Shown: piece after piece, positions 20,029-29,691 of the stretch
Position numbering within the stretch: position 1 is the first letter of the stretch
How the letters are laid out: every line of letters begins with the position of its first letter
Source of the DNA: an uncultured Spirochaetota bacterium
GTDB lineage: Bacteria; Spirochaetota; Spirochaetia; SZUA-6; Fen-1364
NCBI GenBank assembly: GCA_963734545.1
Contig: CAVTHO010000005.1
Coordinates: 64,001 to 128,000 of the forward strand
Length of the DNA: 64,000 bases
Direction: 5' to 3'
The notes under the pieces: model-generated
Told to the model about the DNA's origin: nothing
The model's input: the letters and a program-made list of their open reading frames with translations, nothing else
Database searches by the model: none
Translations under genes and position numbers: made by a program

Positions 20029-21048
20029 TCAGCCCCGCACGCTCTTCAGCGCGCCGGTGAACCGGATGTAGAACGCGGAAAAGACGAACAGGATCAGGAA
20101 AATGACAATGGCGAAGGCCGCCGAGAATCCGTAGCGGTTGTACTCGAAAGCTGCGCGGAACAGGGCCGTCACGAGGATGTCGGAAGTCTCCAGACGGTTT
20201 TCATTGATGAAGTAGGGGACATTGAAGTTGTTGAACGTCCAGATCACTCCCAGGATGACGGCGGGCGTGAGAATGGGCGCCATGAGGGGCAGGCTTATGG
20301 AGCGCAGCTTGCGCCACCCCGTGGCCCCGTCCAGGTAGGCTGCCTCGTAGTACTCCTTGGCGATGCTCTGGAGCGCACCGAGGCAGATCACCATCATGAA
20401 GGGAACGCCCAGCCAGATGTTGGTGATATTCATGGCAACGAAGTTCCAGAAGGGATCCGATTTCCACTGCACCCCGGGGATGCCGACAGCCCTCAACAGG
20501 ATGTTGACGAACCCGTATTCGAAGTGGAACTCTCCGCGCCAGGTGAGGCACGAGATGACCTGCGGGATCGCCCACGGGATGATCAGCAGCACCTTGTAGA
20601 GGCCTTTCAGGAGCAGTTTGCGATTCAGGAGCAAGGCAAGCCCCAGGCCGAGCGTCACGTGAAAGACGACCTGGATGCCGGTCCACAGGATGGTGCGGAG
20701 AAAAACCGGGAAGAACATCACCTGCTTGAGCACGGGCTCGGTGAAGATGAGCTTGAAGTTATCCCAGCCTTGCAGCAGCCCGTAGTCCGGATTCTTGAAT
20801 CGGCGCAGGCTCATGTTGCTGAAGGCCAGGCGCAGCTCGAGCAGGATGGGATACACGATCAGGACGGCAAGCCCGATGATGGCAGGGGCCAGCAGCATGT
20901 AGACCAGCGCATTTTTTGCCCGGAAGAGCTTTCCCGCGACCAGGTAGACGAGAAGCTCGATCAGGACAACGCCGACGACCAGGGCGAGCACCGTCGCGCC
21001 TACCTGACCCAGGCTGCTTGTGATGACTTGGGATGTCAGGGAATGCAT
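20029..21048 (-). CDS. Maltodextrin ABC permease (MalF-like)
   Basis: LQSIAKEYYEAAYLDGA and IWTFNNFN. Confidence 0.9.
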   Translation of the reverse strand: MHSLTSQVITSSLGQVGATVLALVVGVVLIELLVYLVAGKLFRAKNALVYMLLAPAIIGLAVLIVYPILLELRLAFSNMSLRRFKNPDYGLLQGWDNFKLIFTEPVLKQVMFFPVFLRTILWTGIQVVFHVTLGLGLALLLNRKLLLKGLYKVLLIIPWAIPQVISCLTWRGEFHFEYGFVNILLRAVGIPGVQWKSDPFWNFVAMNITNIWLGVPFMMVICLGALQSIAKEYYEAAYLDGATGWRKLRSISLPLMAPILTPAVILGVIWTFNNFNVPYFINENRLETSDILVTALFRAAFEYNRYGFSAAFAIVIFLILFVFSAFYIRFTGALKSVRG

Positions 21049-21077
21049 ACGTCCCTCCGTTCATGTCGGCGGACGAG

Positions 21078-21116
21078 AAAAAAGGGACAGGGCGCGCGTG
21101 CGGCAGTCCCTGTCCC
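21078..21116 (-). terminator. Hairpin plus U-tract downstream of the binding-protein gene
   Basis: GGGACAGGG/CCCTGTCCC stem followed by TTTTTT on the minus strand. Confidence 0.6.
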
Positions 21117-21136
21117 CGTGAATGCAACGATTCCCG

Positions 21137-22366
21137 CTACTGGAGCGACTTGATCGCGGCCACCGCGGCTTTCTGCATGTCCGCTGCCGCAGCCTCGGCC
21201 TTCTTGGTGCCGGCGAGCACAGCAGCCATCTCGGGCTTCATGGCATCCCAGTTGGCGCGCATCTCGAGGACGGTCGGCATCGGGGTCCCGACGACCATCT
21301 GATCCGAGGAGCCCTTCAGGATCGGGTCGCTCGTGATGAGCTCGTCACTCAGCGCGTCTTTGAGCCCCGGCAGGCGCGAGAGCTTGGCAACCATCATGAC
21401 CTGCATCTCCCTGCCGGTCACGAACTGGATGAAGCCGCGAACCGCAGTGAGCTTGTCACCCGAGAGGTCCTTGGGCAGCATGAAGAAGGCGCCGCTGGTG
21501 TAGGGAGCGGGCCACGTGCCCGTCGCCGCCACCCGGGGGATCCGGGCAACGCCGAGGTCGTCCTTCAGGGCATCCTTGTAGGCGCCGAGCGACCAGTCGC
21601 CGTTGATGATCATGGCGGCCTTGCCCTCCTTGAAGAGGGTATCCGCCCCGTTGTAGTCGCTTTCAGAGGGAACGATCTTCCTGTCCTTCAGGCTCTTCAG
21701 GAACTTCAGAGTATCCACCATCTGCTTGGTGTTGAGCGTGGGGGTGATGCCGTCCCGGGCGAACACGGCGCCCTTGAACCCGCCCAGCCAGGGCACCAGC
21801 CAGAAAGGCTCGGTCTGGTTGTACACAAGGGGATAGACGCCTTCCGGCATCTTGCCCGCCAGCGCGAGGAGCGCCGTGGTCGTGGCAGGCGGCGTCTTGA
21901 TGAGGGACTTGTTGTACAGGAGCATGAGGTGATTGCCGTTGGCAATGGGGACTCCCCAGACTTTTCCTTTGAGAGTCACCGCCGCGAGGGCCGCATCCAC
22001 GTACTTCTTCAGATTGAATAGCGGGTCCACCGGCTGGATGATGTCAGCGGTCGTGAAAGGGCCTGCGTGATCGTTCACCGTCCAAAGGAGGTCCGGAGCG
22101 GAGCCGGCGAGGCTCGACGTCTGGAAGTCCTGTCGGAGCAGCTCCACGTCCTTGTTGACCACCTCGAAGGTGATGTTCGGGTAGAGTTTCGTGAAGAGAT
22201 CGGTCTCCAGCTTCACGAACTGCAGGGCCCCGTCCTGCTCTCCTTCCTTTGTCCAGAAAAGGATGCTCGTGGGTCCCACCGCGGCAAGGTCCTTTGCCGT
22301 GACCTCCGCCATGACCAGCGGGGCTACGGACGCAAGGATGAGGAACACGAAGAGAAGCTTCTTCAT
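21137..22366 (-). CDS. Maltodextrin-binding protein (MalE-like)
   Basis: GGAGG RBS, signal peptide MKKLLFVF..., LLYNKSL, FKEGKAAMIINGDW and PMPTVLEM. Confidence 0.9.
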   Translation of the reverse strand: MKKLLFVFLILASVAPLVMAEVTAKDLAAVGPTSILFWTKEGEQDGALQFVKLETDLFTKLYPNITFEVVNKDVELLRQDFQTSSLAGSAPDLLWTVNDHAGPFTTADIIQPVDPLFNLKKYVDAALAAVTLKGKVWGVPIANGNHLMLLYNKSLIKTPPATTTALLALAGKMPEGVYPLVYNQTEPFWLVPWLGGFKGAVFARDGITPTLNTKQMVDTLKFLKSLKDRKIVPSESDYNGADTLFKEGKAAMIINGDWSLGAYKDALKDDLGVARIPRVAATGTWPAPYTSGAFFMLPKDLSGDKLTAVRGFIQFVTGREMQVMMVAKLSRLPGLKDALSDELITSDPILKGSSDQMVVGTPMPTVLEMRANWDAMKPEMAAVLAGTKKAEAAAADMQKAAVAAIKSLQ

Positions 22367-22535
22367 TCGACACCTCCTCCACTCAAGAAAGATTGAGAGA
22401 AAATCCAAAGAACACAAGGCAGCGGATAAGAAACTACCGCCGCCTTCCGGGATGGTCAAACAGGCACCGCCTGCACGATTTTTCCCCCGGAATCGTCCGC
22501 CCTGTTGCACTTTCTCCGAATTCGATGTAACATAA

Positions 22536-22579
22536 TGCAACCGGTTGCACCAGTATAACAACTCCGAACCGATTGTCAA
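22536..22579 (-). promoter_or_regulatory. sigma70 promoter of the mal operon with LacI-family operator
   Basis: TTGACA-16-TATACT (extended TG) on the minus strand; perfect palindrome TGCAACCGGTTGCA at 22536-22549. Confidence 0.8.
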
Positions 22580-22599
22580 GCGCGATTTCCGGAGGGGGC

Positions 22600-23678
22600 A
22601 TGGAGCGCAAAAAACGGGTGACCATCTACGACATCGCGCGGATGACCGGGGTGACCACGGCCACCGTGTCCCGGGTCATCAACGGCAAGCACGGCATCTC
22701 GCGCGAGACGCGGGATCGCGTGATCGCCGTCATGCAGAGGGAGCGCTACTTCCCCTCGCCCGCCGCCTCGGGTCTCCGGAAAAAGAGCACGCGGGAGATC
22801 GGCATCCTCTCCCCCTTCTTCATCGGGGACTTCTTCCTGAAGATCTTCGAGAGCCTGCACCGCCAGCTCAAGGACTTCGACCTGATCCTCTACAATGCGC
22901 AGACCCCTGCCCATCGCCGGGAGGTCATCGACAGGATCGTGGCGGAGGAGAAGCTCTGCGCCCTGATCGTGGCCAGCACGCCGATCCTCCTCGAAGAGGA
23001 GATGCTCGTTTCCAGTCTCGGCGTCCCGGTCGTCATGCTGGAGGCGCGTCACCCCGCCTACAGCTCTGTCGACTATGACCACCAGATCGGCGCGTTCAAG
23101 GCGGTCAGTCACCTCATCGAGCTGGGCCACCGGGAGCTCGCCATCATCGGGGGCAAGCCCGAGACCCGGCTGTACTCCCCCATCGGCAAGGAGAGGCTCA
23201 AGGGATACCGCATGGCGCTCGCGGCAGCGGGCATCCCCGTCCGGGAGGAGTACATCATGAGCGGGGAATGGACGAGCGCCGACGCGAGCGCCAGCGCGAG
23301 GAAGCTGCTCACGCAGAGGGCCCCGCCCACCGCTATCTTCGCCACGTCGGATGTCCAGGCGGCCGGCGTCCTGATGGCGGCCCGGGACCTGGGCGTCAAG
23401 GTACCCCGGGAGCTCTCTGTCGTCGGGTACGACAACATCCCGTTTGCCGAGTTCCTCTCCCTCACCACGATGTGGCAGCACCACGACCAGCTTGCCCGCA
23501 ACACGGCCAACCTCCTGCTGGAAGAGCTTCGCACCGGGGTACGGACCGGTGAACGGGTCATGCTGCAGCCCGAGCTCGTCATCCGAGCCTCTACCGGGGC
23601 GCCTGCCCGCTCCCACCGGGGAAGAGGGGCCCGTTCCGGGCAACGAGGGGCCCGTCCCGGGCAGCGAGGGGCCCGTGA
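22600..23678 (+). CDS. LacI family transcriptional regulator (3' end uncertain)
   Basis: VTIYDIARMTGVTTATVSRVIN HTH; PTAIFATSD, LSVVGYDN and PELVIRAST; no in-frame stop until 24222, probable indel near 23600. Confidence 0.88.
23624..23676 (+). repeat. 21-bp tandem repeat (2.5 copies) at the lacI/malQ junction
   Basis: GAGGGGCCCGTTCCGGGCAAC / GAGGGGCCCGTCCCGGGCAGC / GAGGGGCCCGT. Confidence 0.85.
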
Positions 23679-25198
23679 GCGCGGAAGCGCCCCGCGCAAG
23701 CGGAATCCTCCTGCATCCCACGTGCCTGCCGGGGCCATATGGAATCGGAGACCTGGGCCCCGCGGCGTACCAGTTCCTCGATTCCCTCGCGTCCGCCGGA
23801 CAATCGCTCTGGCAGGTCCTTCCCCTGGGGCCGACGGGGTTCGGGGATTCTCCTTACGCCTGCTTCTCGTCATTCGCCGGCAACCCGCTGCTCGTGAGCA
23901 TCGATATTCTTCGGGAGTGGGGCCTCATCCTGCCGGAGGACCTTCACCCTCTTCCCCGATTTTCCGATGCGCGCGTGGACTATGGCGCGGTGATCAAGTG
24001 GAAGATGCCGCTCCTGCGTCAGGCCGCGTCGCGGTTCCTTCGCTCGGCGGACGGACCGCACCGGGAAAAGTTCGAAGCCTTTCGCAGGGAAGAATCCTGG
24101 TGGCTCGAGGACTATTGCGTCTTCATGGCGGTCAAGCAGGTGCACGAGGGGGCATGGAACCAGGCGTGGGAAAGGCAGATCGCCCTGCGAGTCCCCGCTG
24201 CCCTGGCCCGGTTCGCACGTGAGCGCGTGGATGCCATAGCGGTCGAGGCGGTCGTCCAGTACTTCTTCTTTTCGCAGTGGGATTCCCTGCACGCGGCAGC
24301 GGCGGGCAAGGGCATCCGGGTCATCGGCGACCTTCCGATTTTCGCGGCACCGGACAGTGCGGACGTGTGGACGAACCGGGCGCTCTTCCTCCTCGATTCC
24401 GACGGAAGACCGACCGCCGTGTCCGGGGTGCCACCGGACTATTTCGCAGTGACAGGCCAGCTCTGGGGTAACCCCCTCTACAACTGGGATGCCCTGGAGA
24501 ACCAGGGCTTTCGATTCTGGATCCAGCGGATCCGGGCCGCCCGTCGGCTGTTCGATTTCGTGCGCATCGATCACTTTCGCGGGTTCGATGCCTGCTGGTC
24601 CGTGCCGGCCGGAGCGCCTACGGCGGAGAACGGCCGGTGGGTGAAGGTGCCGGGCGCGCGCCTGTTCGAGGCCATGGAACGGGAACTGGGCGCCCTGCCG
24701 ATCATCGCGGAGGATCTGGGCCTGATCACGCCGGAGGTGCGCGCGCTTCGGGAAAGATTCGGGTTCCCCGGCATGCGCGTCCTGCAGTTCGCGTTCGACA
24801 GCCGGGAGGCAGGGGTCTTGAGCGCGGACAATCCATTCCTTCCCCACAACCACGCGCCGGACTCCGTCGTCTACACGGGCACCCATGACAATGACACGAC
24901 CCGTGGATGGTACGCCACCCGGACGCCGCAGGAACGGGCGTACCTGGATGAGTATGCGCCGCTCGGCGAGCCTGACGTGGAATGGCGTCTCATCCGGATG
25001 GCCCTCGCATCCGTGTGCCGCTTCGCCGTGATCCCGCTTCAAGACGTGCGGGGTCTCGGCACCGAGGCACGGATGAACACGCCGGGCACACGCAGTGAAC
25101 GCAACTGGTCCTGGAGGGTCGGCGAGACCGGCCTCGATGAAGCATCGGCGGCCAGGCTGCGCTCTCTCTCCGTGCTCTACGGCCGCGCCCGGTCCTGA
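23675..25198 (+). CDS. malQ: 4-alpha-glucanotransferase (GH77 amylomaltase)
   Basis: SGILLHPT, WQVLPLGPT, GQLWGNPLY, RIDHFRGF, IAEDLG, YTGTHDNDT and RMNTPGT. Confidence 0.95.
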   Translation: MSAEAPRASGILLHPTCLPGPYGIGDLGPAAYQFLDSLASAGQSLWQVLPLGPTGFGDSPYACFSSFAGNPLLVSIDILREWGLILPEDLHPLPRFSDARVDYGAVIKWKMPLLRQAASRFLRSADGPHREKFEAFRREESWWLEDYCVFMAVKQVHEGAWNQAWERQIALRVPAALARFARERVDAIAVEAVVQYFFFSQWDSLHAAAAGKGIRVIGDLPIFAAPDSADVWTNRALFLLDSDGRPTAVSGVPPDYFAVTGQLWGNPLYNWDALENQGFRFWIQRIRAARRLFDFVRIDHFRGFDACWSVPAGAPTAENGRWVKVPGARLFEAMERELGALPIIAEDLGLITPEVRALRERFGFPGMRVLQFAFDSREAGVLSADNPFLPHNHAPDSVVYTGTHDNDTTRGWYATRTPQERAYLDEYAPLGEPDVEWRLIRMALASVCRFAVIPLQDVRGLGTEARMNTPGTRSERNWSWRVGETGLDEASAARLRSLSVLYGRARS

Positions 25199-25303
25199 AC
25201 TGCCTGGATGATCGAACGGGCACTGCACGCGTCGGCGTTTACTTCTTGCCTTCGATGCGGCAGCCCTCATAAAATCGAATCCTGAGAAAAAGGAGAATGC
25301 CCC

Positions 25304-27145
25304 GTGCAGCCGCGAGGATCCATCGCCGCGAGATTCGCGCGCATCCAGAGTGCCTTCAGAAAAGACGGATTCTCGGTGCGGCATCTCCCTCATGCAGAGG
25401 GGCGCGGACAGATGGCCGGGTGCTGGCTGAAGGACGGACGAATGGGCGTGGCCGCCGAACACCCAGGTGCCGGCAGGCCCAAAAGAGCCTACTACCTGGA
25501 AGGGAGCCCCCGGGTAATGGGCTGGCTGCTCGGTGCCATGGCGGAAGGGGATATTTCGCGCATGGCGAACGAATACGTGCAGAACGTGACGTTCGCGTAC
25601 TTCGACAGCGCGGCAGCTTCCCGCGGCGGCGTGCTTGCACCCTTGAAGGAGCTGATGGTCCGTCTCATCGCCGAGGCTTCCCAGGTGATGCTCCCGGACA
25701 TTCCGCCTGCCTATATCGAGGAGATTGACGGCATCGTGGAGGGATGCAGGTCGGTCAACCCCTGGACTCTGGTGCGCCGCGAGAACCTCCTGGCTCTCAA
25801 TCTCGGGTTCGACTACCTGCTCGCCCACATCTACTCGGGAAAGCCTTTTGCGGAAAGAGGATACAATCCGAGACTCCTCAAGACCCCCCTGGGATGCAAC
25901 GCTTTTTCCCTGTCCGGTGCCGCGGCGGGCGGCAAACATTTTTTCGGCCGGGATTTCATGTTCCCCACCGCGGACGTGCTGCAGGATACGGCGTGCCTGA
26001 TCATCCATCGGCCCGACGAGGCCGCGGGACGCTCGCCGCTGGCTTTTGTCAGCCAGACCGCTCCCGGCATCGTGGGGTCAATGACGGGATTGAACGCGAA
26101 AGGCGTGGCCATGGGCGTGGACATGCTTCCGATCCGATTCTGCAATCCGGATCGGCCGGGCTTCAATTCCCTTCTTCTTGTCCGGGATTGCCTGCAATCG
26201 TGCAGCTCGGCAGAGGAGGTGGTTCGTCACGTCACCGAAGCCCCGCGCGGTGTTCCCTGGCTGTATCCGGTTGCCGACGCCCGCGGCGGCGCATACGTCA
26301 TTGAAGCCGGCCCTCGTCTTTCTCCGGGGGAAGAGTTTCCATACGCCACCTACGTCCCCCGGTATTACCGCGGACGTCTTCCGCGGCGGCACTATATCGA
26401 GATGGTGCGGCGCAAGTACGGCACGCCATTGCCGGACAGAGGGCTCTTCGCGCGCAGCCGTGACTACCGGTTTCCACAGGAATACATCGAGGACTGGAAC
26501 GAGCAGCTCTGGCATGCCTTTGATCGAAGCTGGCTTCTCAAGCTTGCGGACGCCTCGGTCGCTGTCATGGAGAGCATTGCGGATGCTTTCAAGCCAAAGA
26601 CCGGCAACCTCTGGAGAATGCTGGGCGGCGAAATAGAAAAGCTCAACCAGGGTTCCGCCGCCTGCTCCCCGTCCTACTTCATGGAGCGCGGCTACATCAA
26701 CGCGACGTGGACGGACAGCAACTGCCCGGGACCCTTTTACTTCGCCCCCCAGCGTGAAGACCGGTCCGACGTGCTCGTGGCAACGAATCACTGCATCTCG
26801 CCCGAGATGAGGCTCGCCGGCATGAACGAATGGACGGCAATCCTTACCGGCGGCACCTTGAACGACATGCAATGGCGGTACGATGAGCTCAACCGCGAGA
26901 TCCTCGATGCCCTCGAGGCCGCCCCTTCCGGGATCGATGAGAAGGTTGCCTGGCAGCTCATCGACTTCCTCAGGCCGAACGGGAAGTTCCCCGCGTACTA
27001 CAATCCGGGCGGCACCCGTGACTGGCGCGAGGTGCAGGTGCACGGCAGCGTGAGCCTCTGTGAGCTCACCGGAAGGACATTGACCAGCCTGTTCGGCTAC
27101 TACGGGGACGCGCCGGTCACCATTCGCCTGGGCGCCTACGTGTAA
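25304..27145 (+). CDS. C45-family Ntn hydrolase (acyl-CoA:6-APA acyltransferase / acid ceramidase-like)
   Basis: IPPAYIEEIDGIVEG...LN.GFD, G|CNAF nucleophile site, GRDFMF, TGLNAKGVAMG and ATNH. Confidence 0.72.
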   Translation: MQPRGSIAARFARIQSAFRKDGFSVRHLPHAEGRGQMAGCWLKDGRMGVAAEHPGAGRPKRAYYLEGSPRVMGWLLGAMAEGDISRMANEYVQNVTFAYFDSAAASRGGVLAPLKELMVRLIAEASQVMLPDIPPAYIEEIDGIVEGCRSVNPWTLVRRENLLALNLGFDYLLAHIYSGKPFAERGYNPRLLKTPLGCNAFSLSGAAAGGKHFFGRDFMFPTADVLQDTACLIIHRPDEAAGRSPLAFVSQTAPGIVGSMTGLNAKGVAMGVDMLPIRFCNPDRPGFNSLLLVRDCLQSCSSAEEVVRHVTEAPRGVPWLYPVADARGGAYVIEAGPRLSPGEEFPYATYVPRYYRGRLPRRHYIEMVRRKYGTPLPDRGLFARSRDYRFPQEYIEDWNEQLWHAFDRSWLLKLADASVAVMESIADAFKPKTGNLWRMLGGEIEKLNQGSAACSPSYFMERGYINATWTDSNCPGPFYFAPQREDRSDVLVATNHCISPEMRLAGMNEWTAILTGGTLNDMQWRYDELNREILDALEAAPSGIDEKVAWQLIDFLRPNGKFPAYYNPGGTRDWREVQVHGSVSLCELTGRTLTSLFGYYGDAPVTIRLGAYV

Positions 27146-27154
27146 AAGGCGGCC

Positions 27155-27976
27155 CTAGCGCGCTCCCTTCAGAGCTTCAGCCGCCAGAATCACGGCGCTG
27201 ACGTGAATCGAGGCGCCGGAGATGGCGTCCGTGGTTCCGTCTGCCTTCAGGGGAATTCTGGCAGGGTCCTGGACCTTCAGGATCGCGGCCTGCACAGCGG
27301 CGGCCTGCACGTTCCACTCGCCTTTCTTGGCTGCCTTCGCCATCCCATAGCGCCCTTCCTGCGCCTCGACGAGCTTGGACTTCAGCTTGGGAGACTTGTT
27401 GGTGCCGTTCCAGAGCACATCCACGATGGTGCCGTTGACTACCGTGATGAGCACCGAATCCTTCCAGCCGGTCTGCTTGTCGAAATCCGCCTGCTCCTTG
27501 AAGAACCAGCCGTCCTTCTTGTAGATGCCTTTCGCCACCGGGCCCGCGGCAAGCGCCTTGTTGACCAGGTCGTAGAAAGTCTTGACGTGGAGTGAGGCCC
27601 CTGATATCGCGTCAGTTGTTCCGTCCTGCTTGAACTTGTCGAATGCCGGGTTCTGGGACTTCAGCAGATAGGCTTCCACATTGGCGGCCTGCTGGTCCCA
27701 TTCAAGCCCTATCTTCGAAGCTTTCTTCATGCCGTACCCGCCGGCAGCGGCAACTGTCTTCCTGTCAGCGACGCCGAGATTGGAGACCCCGTTCCAGACG
27801 ACCTTTGTGATCTTGCCCCCGGCCACGGTCACGACCACCTGTTCCTTCCAGCCGCCCTGCGGCGCGAAACCGGGATCCTGGGCAAAGTAGACACCATTTG
27901 CGGCTTTGACCTGGCCGAACGCAATGCCGGCCATTGCGACAGCCAGGATCAGTGAAAGAGCCATCATGCGCTTCAT
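27155..27976 (-). CDS. Exported protein with two FMN-binding (flavinylation) domains
   Basis: Signal peptide; internal duplication GWK..V..TV..G.I..V.WNG...GYGM.KA...EW..QAA.V.A...DGTTDAISGAS. Confidence 0.85.
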   Translation of the reverse strand: MKRMMALSLILAVAMAGIAFGQVKAANGVYFAQDPGFAPQGGWKEQVVVTVAGGKITKVVWNGVSNLGVADRKTVAAAGGYGMKKASKIGLEWDQQAANVEAYLLKSQNPAFDKFKQDGTTDAISGASLHVKTFYDLVNKALAAGPVAKGIYKKDGWFFKEQADFDKQTGWKDSVLITVVNGTIVDVLWNGTNKSPKLKSKLVEAQEGRYGMAKAAKKGEWNVQAAAVQAAILKVQDPARIPLKADGTTDAISGASIHVSAVILAAEALKGAR

Positions 27977-28068
27977 TGTATTCCTCCAGATTTCAAGAGC
28001 AGGTGACCCATATATAGGACCGCGTGTCGGCAGTTCATGTCAAGGGAGAATGGCCGGGGAGCCCGCAC

Positions 28069-29607
28069 TCAGCCTGCTGCGGCGAGCCTGCGCTCCACGA
28101 AAACTCCCGCAAGGGCGGCGCCAATCCATGCCAGCGCCGCGCAGATCAGCATGACCACCTTGAAGGTGTCCACAAAGGCAAGCCGTATTGCCATCTGGAC
28201 CTCTCCCGCCTTTTCAGGGGAGACCTCGGCCGGCACAGCGGCGGCCCCCAGACGGGGTGCCTCAGCGGAAAGCGCTGCGCGGGCCGTGTCGGCAATGTTG
28301 ATCGGCGTCGTGCGCGCCCTCAGGGAGTTTGAAAACAGAAAGAGCGCGGCGCCGCCCACGACTGCAATCGCCAGCACTCCCGCAGTCCGGGAGACTGCGT
28401 TGTTGATGCCCGAGGCGGTGCCCGCGAAATGGGTAGCCACCGAGCTCATGACCGCTGTGCTGAGCGGCGCGACCGTGATTCCCATGCCGACTCCCAGCAG
28501 GACCACACCGGGGAAGAATGTCACCCAGTAGTGTGAGGGACCATCGGAAAGGCCGCTGAACGCCATGAAGAGGAACGCGGCCCCCGCAATTGCCGGCCCG
28601 ACAATGAGGGGCAGGCGGGGTCCTGCCTTGTCCACCAGTCCCCCTGCCCAGCGCGAAAGCGCCATCAGTATCAGCGCAAACGGGGTGAACGCAAAGCCCG
28701 CGGCGGCCATGCTGTAGCTCTGCGCCTGGATGAGATCCAGGGAGAGGAAGAACGTGCCGGCGCTCAGCGCGCCGTACAGTCCGAAGGTGAGAAGGTTCGT
28801 TCCGCTGAAAGTGCGCGAAGAGAAGAGCGTCAGCGGGATCATCGGGTGAGCGCTGCGCGCCTCCACGACGACAAAGACGGCCATCCCGACGACTCCCACG
28901 ACGAGTGACGCAAGCACGCGCGTGCTCCCGAAGCCGAGATCCGGCGCGGAGATGAACGCGTAGGTGAGCCCGGCAAGGCCGACCGCGAGCAGAGCGGCGC
29001 CGGCGAAATCGATACGCCCATCGGAACGCTCGTTGCGGCTTTCCGGGACCTTCAATAGTACAACGGCGAGGGCGGCCACGCCGATGGGAAGGTTGATCAG
29101 GAAGACGCCGCGCCACAGCCCGGCGCCGGAAAGCACGCCGCCAAGGACGGGCCCGGCAACCACAACAATCGTGGTGACTGCGGACCACGTTCCGATGGCC
29201 CGTCCCCGCTTCGTAGGATCGAAAAAGGCGCTGATGATGGCGAGACTGCCCGGTATCATGAGCGCGCTCCCGATTCCCTGCGCGAGCCTCGCGCCGATCA
29301 GGAACTGAACGCTCGGTGCGACGCCGCACACGAGGGAGGCTGTCATGAACAACCCGATGCCGATCGCAAAGACCCTCTTCCTGCCCAGAAGGTCGCCGAG
29401 GGAGCCCCCGATCGGGATCAGGGCAGCGAGCATCAGGAGGTAGGCATTCACGACCCAGAGAAGCTGCACGCCGTTCGCGCGCAGCCCCGTCTGCAGCGCG
29501 GGAAGCGCCACGTTCAGGGCTGTGCCGTCGATGAATGCCATGCTGGAGGCAAGAATAGTCGACGCGAGGACCCACGGACCGGGGTTCGATCGGATAGCGG
29601 CTGTCAT
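28069..29607 (-). CDS. DHA2-type (14-TM) MFS transporter
   Basis: MAFIDGTALNVALP, GSLGDLLGRKR, WRGVFLINLPIG and ASGINNAVSR. Confidence 0.92.
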   Translation of the reverse strand: MTAAIRSNPGPWVLASTILASSMAFIDGTALNVALPALQTGLRANGVQLLWVVNAYLLMLAALIPIGGSLGDLLGRKRVFAIGIGLFMTASLVCGVAPSVQFLIGARLAQGIGSALMIPGSLAIISAFFDPTKRGRAIGTWSAVTTIVVVAGPVLGGVLSGAGLWRGVFLINLPIGVAALAVVLLKVPESRNERSDGRIDFAGAALLAVGLAGLTYAFISAPDLGFGSTRVLASLVVGVVGMAVFVVVEARSAHPMIPLTLFSSRTFSGTNLLTFGLYGALSAGTFFLSLDLIQAQSYSMAAAGFAFTPFALILMALSRWAGGLVDKAGPRLPLIVGPAIAGAAFLFMAFSGLSDGPSHYWVTFFPGVVLLGVGMGITVAPLSTAVMSSVATHFAGTASGINNAVSRTAGVLAIAVVGGAALFLFSNSLRARTTPINIADTARAALSAEAPRLGAAAVPAEVSPEKAGEVQMAIRLAFVDTFKVVMLICAALAWIGAALAGVFVERRLAAAG

Positions 29608-29691
29608 ATATATGAAAGTACTGGAGCCTCGATTTCCCGGTCAATGAAAAACCGCTGTCGCCGGCCGCCGCCGCACCAGACGGGCGGGAGA

